Positions 63,949 through 64,000 of a DNA stretch of 64,000 nucleotides are shown piece by piece (position 1 is the first letter of the stretch; every line of letters begins with the position of its first letter). The notes below the pieces were generated by a model. It searched no databases. It was given only the letters and a program-made list of their open reading frames with translations, and was not told the DNA's origin. Location of the stretch: assembly GCA_965248695.1 (NCBI GenBank), contig CBDFKD010000002.1:1824001-1888000 (forward strand). Reading direction: 5' to 3'. This DNA is from Acidobacteriota bacterium. GTDB lineage: Bacteria > Acidobacteriota > UBA890 > WLXD01. The position numbers and the translations under genes are program-made.

Positions 63949-64000
63949 TCACCAGTCGCGATAGCGCGTGCCATCGATCGCCTCCGCCTGACTCTTGGAG
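63949..64000 (-). CDS. 3' end of a second GspG-like pseudopilin (partial)
   Basis: Translates ...SKSQAEAIDGTRYRDW*, matching the SGADGDGLNGVPYAEW* ending of the neighbouring paralog. Confidence 0.65.
   Translation of the reverse strand, partial: SKSQAEAIDGTRYRDW

Overview
High-GC bacterial chromosomal window, tentatively Acidobacteriota-like judging from the GspG-type pilins and gene order; the 16S gene in the window can test this. Nearly all genes are on the minus strand. In order: (1) 1-13.5 kb, a Wzx/Wzy-type exopolysaccharide locus (GT2, deacetylase, flippase, tyrosine kinase, co-polymerase, beta-barrel, OPX export protein, GT4) with two sigma54-activator homologs; (2) lpxC, an NtrY/NtrX-like pair and two long, repeat-rich acidic proteins (Zn-ribbon and RDD); (3) purH, dciA, queA, ruvBAC and yebC; (4) a complete rRNA operon (16S, tRNA-Ile, tRNA-Ala, 23S, 5S); (5) tyrS, purNMFLQSB and an M16 peptidase; (6) 44.7-64 kb, a Myxococcus/Geobacter-like type IV pilus cluster with GspG-like pilins and two inserted oxidoreductase genes. 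The most interesting signal is a possible regulatory circuit in the EPS locus: two near-consensus sigma54 promoters, a shared GGAAA-N4-TTTCC palindrome, an intact activator with an atypical receiver domain, and a paralog that has lost its ATPase and GAFTGA motifs but keeps the same HTH recognition helix (a candidate feedback antagonist). Four surface-structure genes are interrupted by frameshifts or a stop codon, which may be sequencing errors. All calls come from motif recognition by eye; no database searches were run.
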